A stretch of DNA of 64,000 bases from Pocillopora damicornis (Eukaryota): assembly GCF_003704095.1 (NCBI RefSeq), contig NW_020846655.1:62001-126000 (forward strand), written 5' to 3'. The notes beneath the pieces were generated by a model. The model saw nothing but the letters and a program-made list of their open reading frames with translations. It was not told the origin of the DNA and searched no databases. Each line of letters starts with the position of its first letter. Positions within the stretch are counted from its first letter, which is position 1. Below, in pieces: positions 61,301 to 64,000 of this stretch. Both the position numbers and the translations under genes were made by a program.

Positions 61301-64000
61301 ATTTTGCAGACTTTCTCCTTACAAGTTGGCAAACACCGAAAGAGTACTATTTCAATCTAACTTTTAAAAGTTGTTTGACGTAATACTTAGCAAACTTCGC
61401 TCGGATAATTATCCCAAAATGTCCATAAATATTGTCGTAAAGCTTTCGATATTTACACTCGTTTGTATGGAAATGGCGCAAAATTAGACATAAAAACCAT
61501 TTCTCATTCCGACTCAGGTGTTGACAGGCAAATTCGCGAGGGTTAAGACATAAAGAGAAAACCGCTCTATTTTGGTTACATTTAAAATTCGGTCAAATTT
61601 TTGTAACTATCTGAAGACATAGGTAACCACACTCTACCTGCGGCAGGCTTCTTTTCCTTTTCTTTCGCAGAGCTTTGTTTTACAAGTTAACTACTTAATA
61701 AACTACGACGGTGATGAATAGGGTTGGTAATTAAAAGAAAAGGTGCGTGTTCACCTTACAACTGTATGTGTTTTTCGACTCTTTGTTGACATTTATCGAT
61801 AACCAGTTTTGTGTTTTCACGTGTGCGTTCTGAAGATGTTATCTACAGCAATTAGTTAGGACGGGTTCGATGATCACGACAAAGTTAAGGAAGTAAATCC
61901 TTTCATTTACCTTAAAGTGTATGAACGCTGTATATTGTCAAAACATCATAATAGAACTGTCTACCAGTCCAACATAATTAACTTAGCCAAAGCGGTTTAT
62001 CTGAATAGTATTCAATAGGAATACTATAATCATATATAAAGTCCATTATTCAAACTCCAATTAACTGCATTTAGTGTTCATCGTTATAGAGATTTCCACA
62101 GAACCGTTTTTTTTTCCGATTTTGACGGCTCATTCTCGTTTTTGATTCGCCTAGACAGTGATTCCAGAGGCGTGAAGTATATCAGCATTTCTCATGCAGA
62201 ATTCTGGAAGATTATTTACCGAGTATTTTCCCTTTTAACCTAGAAAATCATGAGGTAATGTCTAATTCAAAAGAGTTATAACGATTAAATTTCAATTTGT
62301 AAGAATTTCAATGGATTCAAGCATGGTAAAAGAAAATATATATTTTACTACAAACAGCGTTTAAATTGATTGGGTGTACCTTGCTTACTGTAAGTTGCGC
62401 TTCTCTGTGAAGCAATCTACACATCCAAAAACGTAACATTATAACAACACAAGTCAATCGTTTACAAAAGGTGGTGTCGATTCATGAACAAATCGCTAAT
62501 CTCGCAATCGCAGATCTTATCTTTAAGTCATACTTGGCTAGGCACCTGAACTTTCCATTCGAACGCGCGTGGCTGATCAACAAGTTTGTGAAGTGCTTTA
62601 AAATAGCAAGTCGTAGCTTAAGGCGACATGGTCATTCTTAACAAATCAATTTCGAGCTGATTATAAATTATTACGCAATTCATAGTCACTTAAAATAGGA
62701 GGAAAAATTTTCCTGATCGGCTCAGTTATTAAACAAAGAAACGCAGAAATAAGATAGCACTTCAGATATCAGCATTTCACGGAGACATCTCATTTCGCAA
62801 GTTTCCTCCTCAAGAACTAGTTGTATATGTAAACAAAATCTACTCGATTGAATATCTTGCTAAAAGAATTCTGTTTTATTTTTACCTCTGCTGGATCCCC
62901 TACCGAACAAAATGACAAAAGCTTTTGTTCAAGAGATCTTACAGTGACTTTAATAAAAATGCTATGTTTATCGCTAACAAAAAACCAAAAACATCGAGCA
63001 CACAAAAGCTTGGATAATTAGGAAAACTCTGAAATCTGTGTTTATAACGTTTAAATACACGCCAAGATTTCTCCTTTATTTAGGTGTAAAGTCAAACATT
63101 TTGCCCCTGTTTACAAAATGATCACAGCTCCTTGACAAAAGCGATAAACTATAGGGTTCTTTTGTACCAGCATTTCATAATTTACCAAGAATCGAACACA
63201 TTTATTCAGTAATGTAATGTCAATATGCGGCTCTATTAAACCTCTTTGTTTCAGATAAAACCATGTAATTCCGCTACGACCATTTTTGTTTTAAACGCCA
63301 TTTAAAAAACGAATATTGAGGTGGTTAAAGAACAAGTGGCAGGGGTAGATATGAATTTAAACATGTTATAAGTCGATTTACTTTTTTTGCATAAACAATA
63401 TCACTGTCGATGAATGTTTCGTAACTCATATCCCGGCTTAAACAGTGACGCAATATGATTTAAAATTGGAAAAACTCTTAAAAAAAACACTTTTTAATAC
63501 CAGGGAATGGAGCTTAAATCTTCAAAAGAACACTTGTAGCGAGAAAACTGGAATAAAATTAGTAATTGCGATCTTTGCTTTTAATGCGAGGTTGAAAAAA
63601 AACATACCGTTTCGTGAAAAAAGTTTTTTGCTATTAGGCTTCTTAAGACTAAAATTCTTTAGTTTAGTGGTGGAGGCGTACAAGCAGCAATAAATCAAAT
63701 AATTTGCGACTATTAATAAGCCTAAAATATCATGTCGAAAAGACATTAATGCGAACAAAAACATTCGAACCGAGATGGTTCAATTTTAACACCATTGCAC
63801 TCACAGAAAGTAGACGTCGTTAACAACTTTTACCAATCATAGCGCAGGTTGTTAACTTACAAGAAACCCCAATGGTCTATTGGCCGGCTTAGCTTGAATA
63901 TTCACTGTCATTAACAACAGAAGCTATTCGAACTTGTAAATTATTCATCAAAGTTTCCATTGATTGGCTTCCAATTGGTTTAGTATTGTTTCAGAATAAT

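Noticed and set aside
58400-64000. Short ORFs and possible repeat fragments in the final 5.6 kb
   Set aside because: No exon chain, domain or paired TIRs could be supported by eye; left as 3' UTR/intergenic.

Overview
AT-rich eukaryotic (metazoan) genomic DNA with GT-AG spliced genes. The interspersed repeats look to me like those of scleractinian corals, which is an inference. No prokaryotic, phage or CRISPR content was found. In order, the window holds: the 3' half of DNMT1 (+, 12 exons, 633-6967); a convergent discoidin domain receptor tyrosine kinase (-, 8 coding exons, 17145-8740, ~989 aa); a small 4-exon single-pass membrane protein gene invisible to the ORF track (-, 26919-23839, 85 or 106 aa depending on tandem donors), head-to-head with a decayed transposon-like ORF; an intronless class I/II PLP aminotransferase (+, 31475-32806); an F-BAR/HR1/SH3 gene of the FNBP1/FNBP1L/CIP4 family (+, 13 exons, 36208-46615, 529 aa) with MITE-rich introns; and an NSP-family (BCAR3/SH2D3C-like) SH2 + Cdc25-like gene (+, 53836-58374, ~891 aa). 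Best leads: (i) the NSP protein has its own Cas-like array of 11 YxxP motifs; (ii) the F-BAR/NSP adjacency mirrors human FNBP1L-BCAR3 and TRIP10-SH2D3A; (iii) the hidden microprotein gene; (iv) the intronless aminotransferase (HGT or retrocopy candidate). Exon models were built by hand from splice consensus and frame continuity. No database searches were run.
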